A stretch of DNA of 64,000 nucleotides from Octopus sinensis. Its lineage: Eukaryota. Location of the stretch: NCBI RefSeq assembly GCF_006345805.1, contig NC_042998.1:28830001-28894000 (forward strand), written 5' to 3'. Numbering within the stretch: position 1 is the stretch's first letter; each line of letters starts with the position of its first letter. A program made the position numbers and the translations under genes. Below, one piece after another: positions 12,521 to 26,759 of this stretch. The notes beneath the pieces are model-generated. The model saw nothing but the letters and a program-made list of their open reading frames with translations. It ran no database searches and was not told where the DNA came from.

Positions 12521-13792
12521 TTGCTTGTTCTGAAGAAACTGTTAATACTCTGCATTAGCAGATATAGAAGAAAAATACATATTTCAATTTCTTCGGAAAA
12601 ACTTTTCCTTGTTGGAAAATGAATTTTCATTCCAAAGAGCAATCAGTTCCAAATACCTGATTCTTCTCTCTTCAGGATACGAATTTAATCAAGCTTAACA
12701 ACATTATGATAAAACTTAGCCTTGTGCTTTAGGTAGAGAACTGGATTTCAGAACAATAGATAATTGGCCAGTGACACAAATCTCTGATTTAATTTCAAAT
12801 ATGTTGAAACCATTTAATTTCATTTGTGACCAATTCTGTACAGAAAACAAATGATCTCATTTAACCCCATTGTGCCATCAGACAGGCTTGTGGTCAATTC
12901 CGTATTGAAATCAATTGATCTGATATAAGCTTAGAATGCCAATGTGAATATTATACAATTTCTTTTTATTTTACCCACTAAGTTTATGTACTTTATTATA
13001 TTTTAATATGTATTTAAATTGTTGAACAATTGTATTGTAAGTTGCATGTTTTCATGTGACCAATTTGTGGGAGTGGTGAGGAGAGAGTCCAACTCACTTT
13101 TAAATCCATCGTTAATTAATTGATGCAAATGATATCGTTTGAAGAGCACTGATCTTTTTTTCCAGTTTTTTTTTAATTGACTAGACTGTTCTCTAATCTA
13201 CATCTGTAATTGTGCATAGGTATATAGATGCAAGAAATTAAAATGATATGGAAATAAGATATATATATTCATAGTTGAGTGCTTATGTATCACCTCATAG
13301 CTTCATCAGAACTTCAACTTGAAGAGCAATTTTGCTTGCAAAAACATGTGTGTTTATGTATATCCCCAGAAAAGCATAAGCATATGCAGGAAATGAAGCA
13401 GGGAGTTTGAAAAGCAGGAGCCTCTTTTAGAGTGAAATGAAACAGCTGTAAGCTAATGAAGATCATGACATAATTTCCTATTCCTTTGTCATTCTAATTT
13501 ATTATTCCTGCTCTGTACTTGACTGATGATTTGTTCTGAAACATTGTTGTATTGAGTTCTAACCACTAGGTTGTTGGTATCACTATGCTTAAGTAAAATA
13601 ATAATTACAAATATATATATATATATATATAGGGTAAGCAACAGGTTGCTTAGCCACATACCGAAAATTTAGAAATAGCAGTCAAAAACTACTTATTTCT
13701 ATTTTCTACAAATATAACTCCACATATAACATATACATGTAACTCACATATGTAAAAAGAAGGAAAAATAACAAGAACAATGTTTTCGGTTA

Positions 13793-13851
13793 GTTATGGA
13801 CGTGTTTCTGGGTTAAAATTATAAATAATTCATTCCCGTCCTCAGCGCAAC
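13793..13851 (-). ncRNA. Type I hammerhead-like motif with GUC site
   Basis: Minus strand: GTTGCG CTGAGGA C GGG..CCC A GAA ACACGT C CATAAC. Core is intact; stem I has one mismatch; stem III ACACGT is an imperfect palindrome. Confidence 0.6.
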
Positions 13852-14769
13852 ATTCCATTAAATTATAGATTTATCGGAGATAGCAAAAGATAGTCAGCAC
13901 AAGCTAAATCCATATAGACGAATGAATTCATATTTTCCCTCCAAAAATTACCATGTGTTTTACAAAAATAGTTCCTTAGAAAGAGAACTGTGGTTTGTCA
14001 TAAGGGAGTGAAAAATACCCTTATATTATATATAAATATATATATGTGCAAATGCACATCATGAGCTTCAATACAATTGGTCTTGCCTCAGATGATTACA
14101 GTTTACTAGAATTGATTTTGGGACAATGTTAAATGATGAAGTAAATATTTTAAGCCTCACTGTCCTGCTTTGTGCTTAGCTAAAATAAATCAATGCTAAA
14201 GAAATGATGGACGAGCCTGTTGAAACATGTTGAATTATATGAAATTGATCCACAACAAAAACTATAGAATTTTCTCATGCATGTCCGTTCGAGTGTTAGG
14301 CGTCAAAGAGGCAAACTGGTGGAGTTCTTTTCGAGTGTTGGGCCTCACAGAGGCAATGACTGTTAGCATTATATTGTGCTTGAGAAGGAAACTCATCAAG
14401 CTGAGCTAAATTGCAGTTGTGGAAGATACAGACGTATATGCAAGTGGCACCTGTGCCAGTGGAATGTAAAAACACCCATTACACTCTCAGAGTGGCTGGC
14501 ATTGAGAAGCCCCCCACCCCCACCCCATCAAGCCGAGCAAAATCGCAGTTGTGGCAAATACAGGTGTCATGCAAACAGCACCCATTACACTCTCAGAGTG
14601 GTTGACGTTAGGAAGGGCATCCAGCTGTAGAAAACCATGCCAAATCAGAGCGGAGTCTGGTGCAGCCCTTCAGCTTACCAGTCCTGGTTAAACCATCCAA
14701 CCCATGCCAGCATGGACAATGGATGTTAAACGATGATGATGATGATCTGTAGATGGTATTTATTACATA

Positions 14770-15005
14770 GGTGAGCTGGCAGAAGCGTTAGCACACCGGG
14801 CGAAATGCGTAGCCGTATTTCGTCTGCCGTTACGTTCTGTGTTCAAATTCCGCCGAGGTCGACTTTGCCTTTCTTCCTTTCGGGGTCGATAAATTAAATA
14901 CCACTTATGCAATGGGCTCGATGTAATCGACTTAATCTGTTTGTCTGTCCTTGTTTGTCCCCTCTGTGTTTAGCCCCTTGTGGGTAGTAAAGAAATAAGT
15001 ATTTA
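14770..15005 (+). mobile_element. SINE family B, near full length
   Basis: GAGCTGGCAGAAGCGTTAGC...GTTCAAATTCC...GGGTAGTAAAGAAATAAGTA. Confidence 0.85.
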
Positions 15006-16296
15006 TTACATAGGCACAAGGCTTTAGGTTAAAGTACAAATAAAGTGTCTTTCATTATAGCAAAGGTACATTGGCATGAGACACATATTATAATGTACTT
15101 TAAGATGTAATGTCAAGGACCCTGTGTAAGGGATGCTGTCAAAGGCCTTCTTCAGTTTGACAAAGGCTACATGTATTTCTTTACAATTCTCTGACTCATA
15201 TAAGTGCATTCCTCACACCAATAATTGTTTGTCATCTCGCTATTTTGATATCTGTTTAAATATTTTCTCCCTTCTAGACAACTCATCTGCTTCTGGAGTG
15301 CTTTACTTCGATTAAGAAGATGGAGTTTAAGGAATTTAATCTGTCTGAGCACTAATTTGGTGCTTATTTTATACTTTTCCACACCTGCTATATACAAATA
15401 TAAATGTAATACAACATAATAGTGTTTGTGTATGTGTGTGTGTGTATATACACACACACATATATGTAGTCGTGGTCATTACCAATGTCATGTAAATGGC
15501 ACTGGTGCCGGTGGAATGTAAAAAGCACTTTTGGAGTCGCTGGCATTTGGAAGAGCATCCAGCTATAGAAACCATGCCAAATCAGACAGGGGTCTGGTGC
15601 AGCCTCCCAGCTTGCCAGCCCTTGGCAAACTGTCCATTCTATGTTAGCATGGTCAACGGATGTTAAAGGATGATGATGGTGATAACGTTCTGACCAGTTC
15701 TTTACTATAACCAGTAACACTGTTCGATGATGTATAAATTTAACCACACTTTTACGCATTTTTGAGTGAGCTTTTTCTTCTGACTCATCGATGACTAACT
15801 AATAATATCTACATGCACACACATGTATGTGCACGTTCACCCTCTCTCACACATACATGTATAGGTGTATGAACTGCAGCATTTGACAGGTGGAGAAGAG
15901 TAAGTTATATCATTATACAGTACTTGAAACGTACATAACATCACTTAAGTTTCAAGTAATTGCATACCTGAATCTCTAAGGTTGTTCAAACACCGAGGTC
16001 ACTCATTTGACATTTCCTAATATGGATGTTCTTGTAAGATTTGAGGTGACATTCTCTAATACATGATGGAACTCACTGCATCTTACAAGCTATTATGTCC
16101 CTTAGATATATATTTTTGTCTGTGTGGTAAATTTATGTAAAGGTCGTTTCCTTATTCCCAACCAGGCAAATGTCAAATTTAAGTATTCAAAAAATATCCA
16201 TGTGTGTACCATGCATATAGGAAATGTTTATATCTGTGTTTAATTGTCATAGCAAATCCATAATGGATCTCTCTAAATACTGTGAAATGTCTTCCA

Positions 16297-16452
16297 GGAG
16301 TGGTTGTATGGTAAGTAGCTTGCTTACCAACGACATGGTTCCGGGTTCATTCCCACTGCATGGCACCTTGGGCAAGTGTCTTCTACTATAGCCTTGGGTC
16401 GGCCAAAGCCTTGTGAGTGGATTTGGTACACGGAAACTGAACGAAGCATGTC

Positions 16453-16500
<48 letters not shown>

Positions 16501-16590
16501 ATGTGTGTATAAATTTGTATTTGTCTCCCCAACATCGCTTGACAACCAATGGGGTGGTGTGTTTACATCCCTGTAACTTATCGGTTCAGC
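16297..16590 (+). mobile_element. SINE family A
   Basis: Homologous to 3870-4262. Confidence 0.8.
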
Positions 16591-16797
16591 ATAAAAGACA
16601 CATTAATATAATTTTTTGTAAATATTTTTTATATAGAATAAGAAGATGGAAGAAATTCATGTTGTTGCTATTGTAGCTAAGAATCAACTACAACTTCTAA
16701 GAAAGCATAATTGAGAAATGGCTGCTACAGATGACACTACAACTTACACACACACATATACATATATATATATATATATACATACACACATATATAT

Positions 16798-16964
16798 CAA
16801 AATAAGCAACAAGGATATCCAGAGGTAATGCTGTACGATCGTTTCATGTGACTACATTTAATTGAACAATGCAAATATTACATCAATTTTAAAATGTAGA
16901 ACAATCTTCAGCTGCATAACGATCGTACTGCATTACCTCTGGATATCCTTGTTGCTTATTTTGA
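16798..16964. repeat. Fold-back with 46-bp arms enclosing a hammerhead (16828-16917, minus)
   Basis: Arms 16798-16843 and 16918-16963 differ at one base. Motif: ATGCAG CTGAAGA..GAA ACGATCGT A CAGCAT. Homologous to 44525-44614. Confidence 0.85.
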
Positions 16965-17143
16965 TTGTAATCACACCATTTTGCATTATATGGATAATAC
17001 CATACTAAATTCTGGTGCCTTTAACTTAAGTACCATATTCAACTGAATCTATCTATCTAAATATTTCAAAATGTGACCTTGTGTGTACCGTTGGCGATTT
17101 TTTATTTCCTGTCTTCCCTTCTCTGGATCTTTCCCTCTCCTAT

Positions 17144-17178
17144 GTTTCCGACAAAGAGCTCCGCTCGAAACGTTAAAC
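17144..17178 (+). ncRNA. Minimal hammerhead-like motif, degenerate core
   Basis: GTTT CCGACAA A GAGC TCC GCTC GAA ACGT T AAAC. All three stems pair, but the core deviates from CUGANGA at positions 4 and 8. Confidence 0.55.
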
Positions 17179-18009
17179 TCTCCTTCTTCCCTTCTTTCCT
17201 GAGCGTCCAATAATACTATATTTGTTCCACGTCCTCGCGTTGTTGTGTTTTTTTTGTGTTTTCTTGTTTGGATTAACTATATATATATATATATGTATGT
17301 ATGTATATATATATAAATAATATGTATATGCATATATACATACGTATATGTACATACATCTATACGTATATATATATATATAAGCATATGTGGGCACAGG
17401 ATGTTATGAAACATGTACAACAAAATATGAAGCACAAGTACATGGAATATGAACTATTCTTTCAAACAACGAAAAGCACAAATGAAATACAAAACAAACA
17501 ACACAAAGAACTGCCCTTCATCAGTTGTTGGCAGTTTTTCCAGTCTCGTATTTCGAACATTTACACATATGTGTAACGGCGGTGCATCAGCATGGCCGCA
17601 GCTCTGAGCTGAAACTTGAAGAAAAAAAAAAATGTATGTGTGAGCATAGTGGTGTGTGTCTTTGTGTCTCTGTTTGTCACCCACCATCATTTCACAACCG
17701 ATGTTGGTGTGTTTATGTTCCCATATCTTAGTGGTTTGGCAAGAGAGACTGATAGAATAAATACGAGGCTTAAAAATAGGATATAAATAAAGTCTGGGTC
17801 AATTCATTCCTCTAAAGTTCTTCAAGGCAGTGCCCCAGCATGGCCAGTCAAATGATTAAAACAGGTAAGAGATAAAAAAATAACAGAGAATCTGAATTAA
17901 TTGTTACAATATTACCCATGTAAGACCTTAATATATATGTAGATGCCATGTAGAATGACTTTTATTTCCCTTTAGGTTTTCCATTGTAATACACACACAG
18001 ATATATATC

Positions 18010-18480
18010 ATCATCATCATCATTGTTCGACCGTGGTCGAGACAATGGAATTTACCATGTTGCGCCAGACTTCACGGTCCATCATAGCATTACGGAGGTC
18101 CTGTTGCTGGATGCCTGTATCCCTGGAGATTACATCAGGGTAGGAGAGTGTGCGCCCTCTGGTGTTGCGAGTAGATGGCTTCCAGAGGAGAAGAGTAGAA
18201 ATTACTTCTTTTTCAGCTCTACAACAATGTCCAGCAAACTGGACTCTCCTACCCTTCACAAGAGATGACACAGGTGGTAATTTCCATATATTTGCATTTT
18301 AGTTGGATGGCGCCTCCACGAGAGATTTTGAGCTCTCATAAGGAGGCGAGTGTAGGTTCCATCCAACGCCTCTCAAGCTTCTTTGATAACGTCCAGGTTT
18401 CTGAGCCATATAGTAGGATTGGTTCGACTGTGGCTTTGAATATTTCAAGTTTGAAGTCTCTACTTAGATTGATGACCAGA
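18010..18480 (-). mobile_element. RTE-type LINE 3' end (RT C-terminal region, frameshifted)
   Basis: Translates KATVEPILLYGSETWTLSKKLERR/.../RRVQFAGHCCRAEKEVISTLLLWKP; (GAT)n tail. Confidence 0.85.
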
Positions 18481-19051
18481 TCTTATGCATGTCATTACAG
18501 GCTGACCAGGCCATACCCTTTCTAGTTAGAAAGTCTTTTCCAGATGATGATATGTATGACCCAAGATATTTATAATCAGAAACCAGATATATATATATAT
18601 ATATATATATCTCAGAATGTAAATGGGGAGTTTGTTTTTATATATTCACCATCCAAACAAGAAAATAGCTAGAGTTGTTATCATTAAAATATATTTTTAT
18701 CTCGGTAAAAACTCTGTTTAGGCTTCAAAATAATTGGCGTAGAAGACGTATTTTTTGGAACCTTATAACCTTCACTGTAAGGCTCAGAACCTTATTCCTG
18801 TTCACACAACCAATTATTGGTTGTTATAAGCAAAAAATAAAAATTACAGCATAAAAAACTTGCTTCAAATTAACATTGGTTTACGGCTATTATGAAAAAC
18901 TTCTAAAAATAAAATGTAAAAATCTATGCAGACAGCATCATCTGTGGCAACCATTTCTCAATGATGCTTCTGAGTATGTAAATTTCATTCTCTCTTTCTT
19001 TCTTCTTCTCTGTCTATCACTATATGTATATGTATATACAAACATTTATAC

Positions 19052-19087
<36 letters not shown>

Positions 19088-19340
19088 AGAGTGGGAGAAG
19101 GTCAGCTGACCAATTCCACTGGCAAGAAACCAAAAGTTTTGGAGAGGAGAGCTTGACTGTAAATTAGGTAATTTATTACATACACACAAACATTTATATA
19201 CATATGTGTATATATATACATACATATATTTATATATATATACATACATACATATATTTATATAAACATACATACATATATTTATATATATATACATACA
19301 TACATATATTTATATATATATACATACATACATACATATA

Positions 19341-19383
<43 letters not shown>

Positions 19384-19628
19384 TATAATATATATCATCA
19401 TCATCATCATCGTTTAACGTCCGCTTTCCATACACAGACACATATATTTATATATATTTATACAGACACACACACACGCATTATATATATATATTATATA
19501 TATATATATATATATATTATACACAAATATGCATGCAAGCATTGTATGTATACATACATGTATTTACCTAATTGCAGGAGTAGAGCATACACAATTTGAA
19601 GAGAGAAAAGAGGCAAGGAACCCAGAAC

Positions 19629-19669
<41 letters not shown>

Positions 19670-19871
19670 AGAACAATGATTTACAGGCTGAAATATATAA
19701 TTCACTATTTGTTTAGTTCTTCAAGTGTATCTTTCTTTAACTTTTGTAAATAGAAAATGAATTTGCAATAAGATGTTTTCAATAAACACCTACATATTCA
19801 TGTGTGTGTCTTCTTTATAAATGGATGCATGTATATATATATATATGCATTTATATGTGTATATACGTGCA

Positions 19872-19905
<34 letters not shown>

Positions 19906-21139
19906 CATGTATATGTATTTTTATATGTGTATGTATATGTATATATGTAAATCATTATGACGACTACTATCATCAACATTTTTTTGAAGGCTAAACAGAG
20001 TTTTACCGAGATAAATATCAGTTTCACAATAATTCAAATTTCCAACCAATCCATCTTGAAATTCTATGGAAAGAATCTCCTGTAAAGTTCTGCTCATTTA
20101 TAGAATTAAACAGGAGTGGATGAAGAAAAAGAAAAAAAAAAACGATAAAAAAACAAAAGGAGAGGGTTTCATGAGGAGAGGGGATAAATGTGTAAGGAAA
20201 GAAACATAAGTGGGCATATTTAAGAGAAAAGAATTTGACTGAGGTGTGCCATAGCGGCAATGTGCCAATTGGAAATGGCAGGAGGAGAGTAATTGAATTA
20301 AATGTCAAAAATGGTGGGGTGGAGTGGGTTCTAAGAAATTTTTAAATTAGGGAAATGGATCTAATAGAAAAATATCTTACAGTGGAATATGTGTATTCCA
20401 AATAAAATGGAGGATATATGTGTGTATTATGATGATATATATATATATATCACATAAAATGAAACAAGACTGCAACAGCAACAAGAAAAAAATCCAGACA
20501 CATAGACAATACAAAGACGGACAGGAAAAACAACGAAAAGACGAACAAGACAAAACAAGGACAGGCCATTCGTGGCCTTCTCTCATCAGTCAAGTTTCCA
20601 GATTATCCTTACAGTTTCAGCCTGTTACACTTGAGACTTTTCAAATCTGGCTGGCCCCAAAAATCTAACCTAAGAGCATTATATATTTCGGGAGGTGTAT
20701 GACAACAAAGACAAAAAAAAAATCGGAGTAAATGTTATTCGTTTACAAAGACAAACAACAAGAAAATAATAACAGGTGTTTTTTGACTAATAGAGACGAA
20801 TCAAGTTGAGCTGGCATGTGTGGAGTGAAAGCCTTGAGGCAGGAACACAAACACACACACACATATATTGTCATCATCCTCTAATCCTAGTTGACATGGG
20901 TTGGGTTGTTTGAGATGATCTGAGGGGTCCATAGACTGTGCCATGCTTCACTGTCTACTTTCCCCTGGTTCCCATAGGTGGATGCCTTTCCAAATAGCAA
21001 ACCGTGTGTACTGAGTGCTTCTTTTGTTGTCATCAGGGTGAGAGCCCTGTTGTGCATATTTACGCACAGTACTTTCAGAACTTAGTTTTACTGATTCCTT
21101 TAGGTCCCCTTGTAAACTGCATATCACCAGGCATTCCAG

Positions 21140-21590
21140 TTTCTCACCATCTTCTCCATGATGTTCAAGGTCTTGACAACAATCTTCACCATTTTGTCCC
21201 TTGTTTTTCACGATTTTCCTCTTCTACCAACAAACTCCATCCATGTTAATTATTTGGTACCCCTTTATACAGTCGCCTTCATCTATATGCATCATGTGTC
21301 CATACCAGCACAATATTTCTTGTACACTACATGTGATTCTTCTAAATTATTCTCTCTACACCAGCACCTTTGTGCTAGATTATTCATGCATACTTACAGT
21401 GCACACCCAACAGAGCATGCTGGCATCATTTCTTTCCAGTCTTCCCAAGCATTCTGCATTCATGGCCCATGTCTCACTACCATGCAGCATCACAGTTATA
21501 GCATAAGTGTCATACAGTCTCACTTTCAGTTTGAAAGAAACTTCTTTTGATGCCAGTAGTCGCAGATGTTCTCTGAACTTACTCTTACCC
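21140..21590 (-). mobile_element. Decayed RTE LINE fragment
   Basis: KVRLYDTYAITVMLHGSETWAMNAECLGRLERNDASML parallels the 39377-39708 translation. Confidence 0.8.
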
Positions 21591-21644
21591 ATTCTTATTT
21601 TTATAGTAATAAGTAACATATATACATAACAACAACAACATTAA

Positions 21645-21782
21645 AAGGAAAACAGCATTATTAGGGACAGCTAGGATACTTAGGAAGGTTCTTGGCATCT
21701 AAGGTTACTTGTAGCTTGATGTTAGGATTTTTTTTCCAACAGTCTAATCTGTTGTGCATGAATGAAATAATAATGATAATAA
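21645..21782 (+). mobile_element. R4/Dong-like (restriction-like endonuclease) retroelement 3' end, no. 1
   Basis: KTALLGTARILRKVLGI* followed by a short UTR ending in TAA repeats. Confidence 0.7.
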
Positions 21783-21787
21783 GTAAT

Positions 21788-22050
21788 CATAGTAGGTGCA
21801 TTAGGTATGATAAAAAAAATATTCAGACAAATACATAACAAAAACACCAAGACTTACAAATATATATAACATACAAAAAATTGCACTACTGGGCACTGCA
21901 CACATCCTATGCAAAACACTTTCAATACAGTAACCGTAAGAGCATCACAACAAACCACAGCACAACGCCAAGGCACACAGAGCTGCACTCAGTAGTGAAG
22001 TGAAAGCACGCTATAAAAGTAAAAGTACTGAATGATAATAATAATAATAC
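21788..22050 (+). mobile_element. R4/Dong-like retroelement 3' end, no. 2
   Basis: IVGALGMIKK/(frameshift)..NIQKIALLGTAHILCKTLSIQ* (stop 21931-21933); UTR ends in (TAA)n. Confidence 0.75.
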
Positions 22051-22776
22051 ATACATACATACATATTATATACACTTATACAACAGCATCATAACATGTT
22101 TTTCTCTAGGTTTCCATAAGTTCAACAGGACTTTAGTATTGTCTCTTTGTATATGTGTTATCTGACATGTGTCTGAAGCCAACATTTCTTCCCAAGGGAG
22201 GAAACAGAAGGTGCCAAAATAGATGAATGTAAACAGAAGTCAAAGTAATCTGATTAAATGGCCACTATGTGACATAGTTGATAGTTGACGTAAACTTCAT
22301 CACCAAACACGGATACTCTGGAGAGTTGCTTTCTGCTCTTCTTCCATATCAATATTTATCATTATAACAGTGGTATTTTGGTTGATAGAATTTGTTTTCA
22401 AAAGTGTTGTATAATGCAGCATTAAAGATTCAGTTCAGGTTGAAACTGGCTGAAAATCCGAAACCAAACAGGGTCCACGGTTTGTGATGGTGATTCTGGA
22501 TAAGATGGAAGTTGAAGTTTATTCATTGTTTATTACAGTTCTGTTGGATTACCTGTTTGTTCAATAGTACTGACTCCATCACACTTTGACAGTTTGACTG
22601 AGGACTGGCAAACCAGGAGGCCACACAAGGCTGCACCAGGCTTCAATCTGATCTGGCAAGGTTTCTACAGCTGGATGTCCTTCCTAACGCCAACCACTCT
22701 GAGAGTTTAGTGAGTGCTTTTTACATGCCACTAGAAAACAGACATTAAATGATGGTGATGATGATGATATAATTGG

Positions 22777-23098
22777 CTTCTTTCAGTTTCTGTCTACCAA
22801 ATCCACTCACAAAGCTTTGGTGAGACCAAGGCTATAGTTGAAGACACTTATAGTGGGAGACACATTGTGCCTGGTAGTGGGACTGAACCTTGAACCATGT
22901 GGCTGGGAAGCAAACTTCTTACCACACAGCCATAATGGGCTTCTTTCGGTTTCTGTCTACCAAATCCACTCACAAAGCTTTGGTGAGACTAAGGCTATAG
23001 TTGAAGACACTTATGGTGGACGACACATTGTGCCTGGTAGTGGGACTGAACCTTGAACCATGTGGCTGGGAAGCAAACTTCTAACCACACAGCCACAC
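22777..23098 (-). mobile_element. Tandem dimer of the SINE A 5' part (~163-bp period)
   Basis: CTACCAAATCCACTCACAAAGCTTTGGTGAG occurs near 22795 and 22957. Confidence 0.85.
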
Positions 23099-23844
23099 CT
23101 TTGTCAATATTCCTATAAAGTATATACTCAGAGTGAGAGAGAAAGGGGGAATAAGTTTGTAAGTGTAGTTGTGATATGGTGATGGTGAAGAATGGTTTAA
23201 AGTACACAAAAAAAGAAAGAAAATTTAAATATTAGCTCTAGCACGAGCAAAGGATCAATATATTGAACGTACTGAAGTTCAAAAGATCAGAATTTAATCA
23301 AAATTTTCAATTGATATTGTACTGCGCTCTGGGAAAAAGCTCATTGCACTTCTTGGCTTATTCAATCCTGGTGAAAATATTCAATAAGCTAATCAGGTTT
23401 TTTTATATCCTTTTAATCTAATTTTGTAATATTTGGATATACAGAAGTATCTCTCCTGTAGTATGTATAAAGTGGAATCAAAAGGACAATATTTATCCAA
23501 ATTTCAAGATTCATTTTCTTTTATTTACATTTGAACCAATAATAAAATAAATATATTATTTCTATTTTGGGAAGTTTAACTTAAAATAGCAAAATGCAAA
23601 TATTTCTTTCCTCTTGCAAACAAAATCTTAACTTTCTATTAGAATAATTGTCACTTTAATACCATTTCCTGTAGATATTGTGTTGATATTTACTTTAAAA
23701 CTAATATATTCCATGGAAGAGCTATATGTCAAATAAAACAAGATTTGAAAATGAGGAAAATTTTTCAGCTTTTCACTCAGGGTTGTATTCTGCATTTCTT
23801 GTCTGTAAAGAATCATATGACAATGTTTTGATATCATAAAGTAG

Positions 23845-24490
23845 CGAGCTGGTAGAATCGTTAGCACACCGGGTGAAATGCTTAGTGGTATTTTTCAGTC
23901 TTTACGTTCTGAGTTCAAATTCTGCCAAGGTCATCCTTTCAGGGTCAATGAAGTAAGTACCAGTTGCGTACTTGGGTCAGTCTAATCAATTGGCTCCCTC
24001 CCCCAAAATTTCAGGCCTTGTGCCTAGAGTAGAAAAGAATATTTGAAGTCAATAAATCGGCAGGCTGGCAGAAATGTTAGCATGCTGGGCAAAATGCTTA
24101 GCGGTATTTCATCTGTCTTTATGTTCTGAGTTCAAATTCCGCTGAGGTTGACTTTGCCTTTCATCATTTTGGGGTCAATAAAGTAAGTACCAGTTGCATA
24201 CTGTGGTCGATCTCATCGACTGGCTCCCTCCCCAGAAATTTCGGGCCTTGTGCCTAGAGTAGAAAAGAATATTTGAAGTCGCTAAGTTGGCGGGCTGGCA
24301 GAAACCTTAGCACGCTGGGCAAAATGCTTAGCAGCATTTCATCTGTTTTTACGTTCTGAGTTCAAATTCCGCCGAGGTTGACTTTGCCTTTCATCCTTTC
24401 AGGATAGATAAATTAAGTACCAGTTGCGTACTGGGGTCAGTCTAATTGACTGCCCCCTCCCACAAAATTTCGGGCCTTGTGCCTAAAGAA
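23845..24490 (+). mobile_element. Head-to-tail trimer of SINE B variants (217 and 230-bp periods)
   Basis: TTCTGAGTTCAAATT at 23907, 24124 and 24354; each unit keeps its head. Confidence 0.85.
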
Positions 24491-25689
24491 GAAAAAAATG
24501 TGTTTTGATACCATGTATGAATTATTAGAAAAGACAAAATTGATACATGCTACCATACATTATATTTAAAGAATAGGTCTTTATCAAAGAATATTGGATT
24601 TTGTTTTTCTCTGTGGCCACCACCAAAACCTGCTATCTGTTTCTCACTTAATTGACTTTTGCCATCACAAATAATCGTTAATTATTTTTTTTTTTGAAGT
24701 GTTTATATTAGTCTAATACATTATAAATTCCTTTGTATTTTCTAATTAGGTTGACTAGAAATATCTTAGTTTATTCTAGATCACAAGAAAATATTGGTCT
24801 CCAGTTTTAACACAAAGCTAGCAATTATAGTAAGAGATAAGATTACATCGACCCCATTGCTCAGCAGGTTCTTATTTTCTCAACCCCAAAATGAAGAAGG
24901 GTAAAGATGACCATTGTGGAGATAGAACTCAAACTATCAAAATAATATTACACAGTTTCCATCTTCCAAATCCACAGACAAGGTATTTGTTGGTTGAAAG
25001 GCTATATTAGAAGACACTTGCCCAAGGTGTCACTCTGAGTGGCTGAACCCAGAAACATGTGGTTGGGAAGCAAACACATTCTACAGTTGCCAGAATATCA
25101 TTCTTTTGTCATTCTTTTCCTTCCTTTACTCGTTTCAGTCATTTGACTGTGGCCATGCTGGAGCACCACCTTTAGTCGAGCAAATCGACCCCAAGACTTA
25201 TTCTTTGTAAGCCTAGTACTTATTCTATCGGTCTATTTTGCCGAACTGCTAAGTTACGGGGACATAAACACACCAGCATCGTAGGATATTATAAACTACT
25301 GTAGCTGTGGCCAGTGCCCCCTGACTGGCTCCCTTGCCGGTGGCATGTAAAAAACACCATCCAAATGTGGCTGATTGTTGCCAGTGCTGCTGGACTGGCC
25401 CCCATGCTGGTGACACTTAAAAAGCACTTTCCAAATGTGATCGATGCCAGACCAACCTGACTGGTTCCTGTGCCAGTGGAATGTAAAATGCACCCACTAC
25501 ACTCTCAGAGTGGTTGGTGTTAGGAAGGACATCCAGCTGTAGAAACATTGCCAGATCAGATTGAAGCCTGGTGCAGCCACTGGCTCTCCAGACCTCAGTC
25601 GAACTGTCCAACCCATGCCAGCATGGAAAACAGACGTTAAACGAAGATAATATTTCTATTATGATTTTATTCTTATTCATTATGCCATT

Positions 25690-25997
25690 ATATGTTTGTT
25701 CCTTCTCAAGCCATGCCTGGCTCATAAGGGCTGGTTTCCCGGTTTCTTTGGCGTATAGGTTCCCCACCTGGATGGGACGCCGGTCCGTCGCATGTGAGCC
25801 GCAAGGTGCAGGAGGAAAGAGTGAGAGAAAGTTGTGACGAAAGACTCAGCAGAAGTTCACCATTACCTTCAGCTGGAGCCACGTGGAGCTTAGGTATTTC
25901 GCTCATAAATACACACATCGTCTGGTCTGAGATTCGAACCCGCGATCCCTCGACCACGAGTCCGCTGCTCTAACCACTAGGCCATGTGCCTCCACCA
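25690..25997 (-). mobile_element. tRNA(Arg)-like SINE (resembles the octopus OR-type SINEs)
   Basis: Head TGGCCTAGTGGTTAGAGCAGCGGACTCGTGGTCGAGGGATCGCGGGTTCGAATC contains A and B boxes. Confidence 0.8.
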
Positions 25998-26759
25998 TCA
26001 TGCCATTATAGAAACCTATTGCATCAAAACTAACACAACCAAGCCGTGAACGTGCCTAGACAACTGAGTCTTTACTAAAGCAGGAAGCAGAAAATATCAA
26101 AGCAATTTTGTAAAGAAACAAATATAATTATGTGATGCAAAAGTACTTTTATCAATATACGGAGTCAACATAAGGAAGTTTAGAACACATGCATTGTCCT
26201 AACCTTTTCATTACTCAATTTTATTCACTCAGCAAGCAATAAATGTTTATAATTGTCATAGTAATTAGTATAGTAGACAGTCCAAAGACCTCAAATATTT
26301 TGTTTTGCATTGTTGCCATAGAGACTAATGTTCAAAACTGGTTCTAAATCTAAAGAATATTATCTTCGTTTCTTTCTTTTATTTTATCCGTTCTAAGACT
26401 TTTAAATGTTTAATTCATATTTTGCAAATAACAAAATATTACTTTGAACAAATAAACAAACAATTTCTGTAATTTTATTAAATTTCCTAGAGGACACAAA
26501 TAATATTTCTATTTGTATGAGATTTAAACTATTTGGATTTAAAACTAATGAATCTAAAATGTGTGCAGCATCTTCAAATAGGATTTTTTTTTCTTTAAAT
26601 AAAGTGTTTTGACAACTAGATAAATAAAGATAAAGTAGCCAGGAGTAAATCTCATCTTCACAATTCCTCTGGTGAAAGCAAGAAACAGCTTTCAGTAAAG
26701 CTTATTTTACTTGGAGAAACTTAGAGGTGACAAAGTATCAAATTTCAATTAGTTGATTT

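Noticed and set aside
12676-12732. Exon-like segment with a strong acceptor (DTNLIKLNNIMIKLSLVL*)
   Set aside because: All three frames contain a stop and there is no homology cue.
13520-13560. CTGATGA..GAAAC motif
   Set aside because: No stem II can form.
14203-14235. ATGATGG..GAAACATGTT motif
   Set aside because: Palindromic stem III is present, but the core is doubly altered and there is no stem I.
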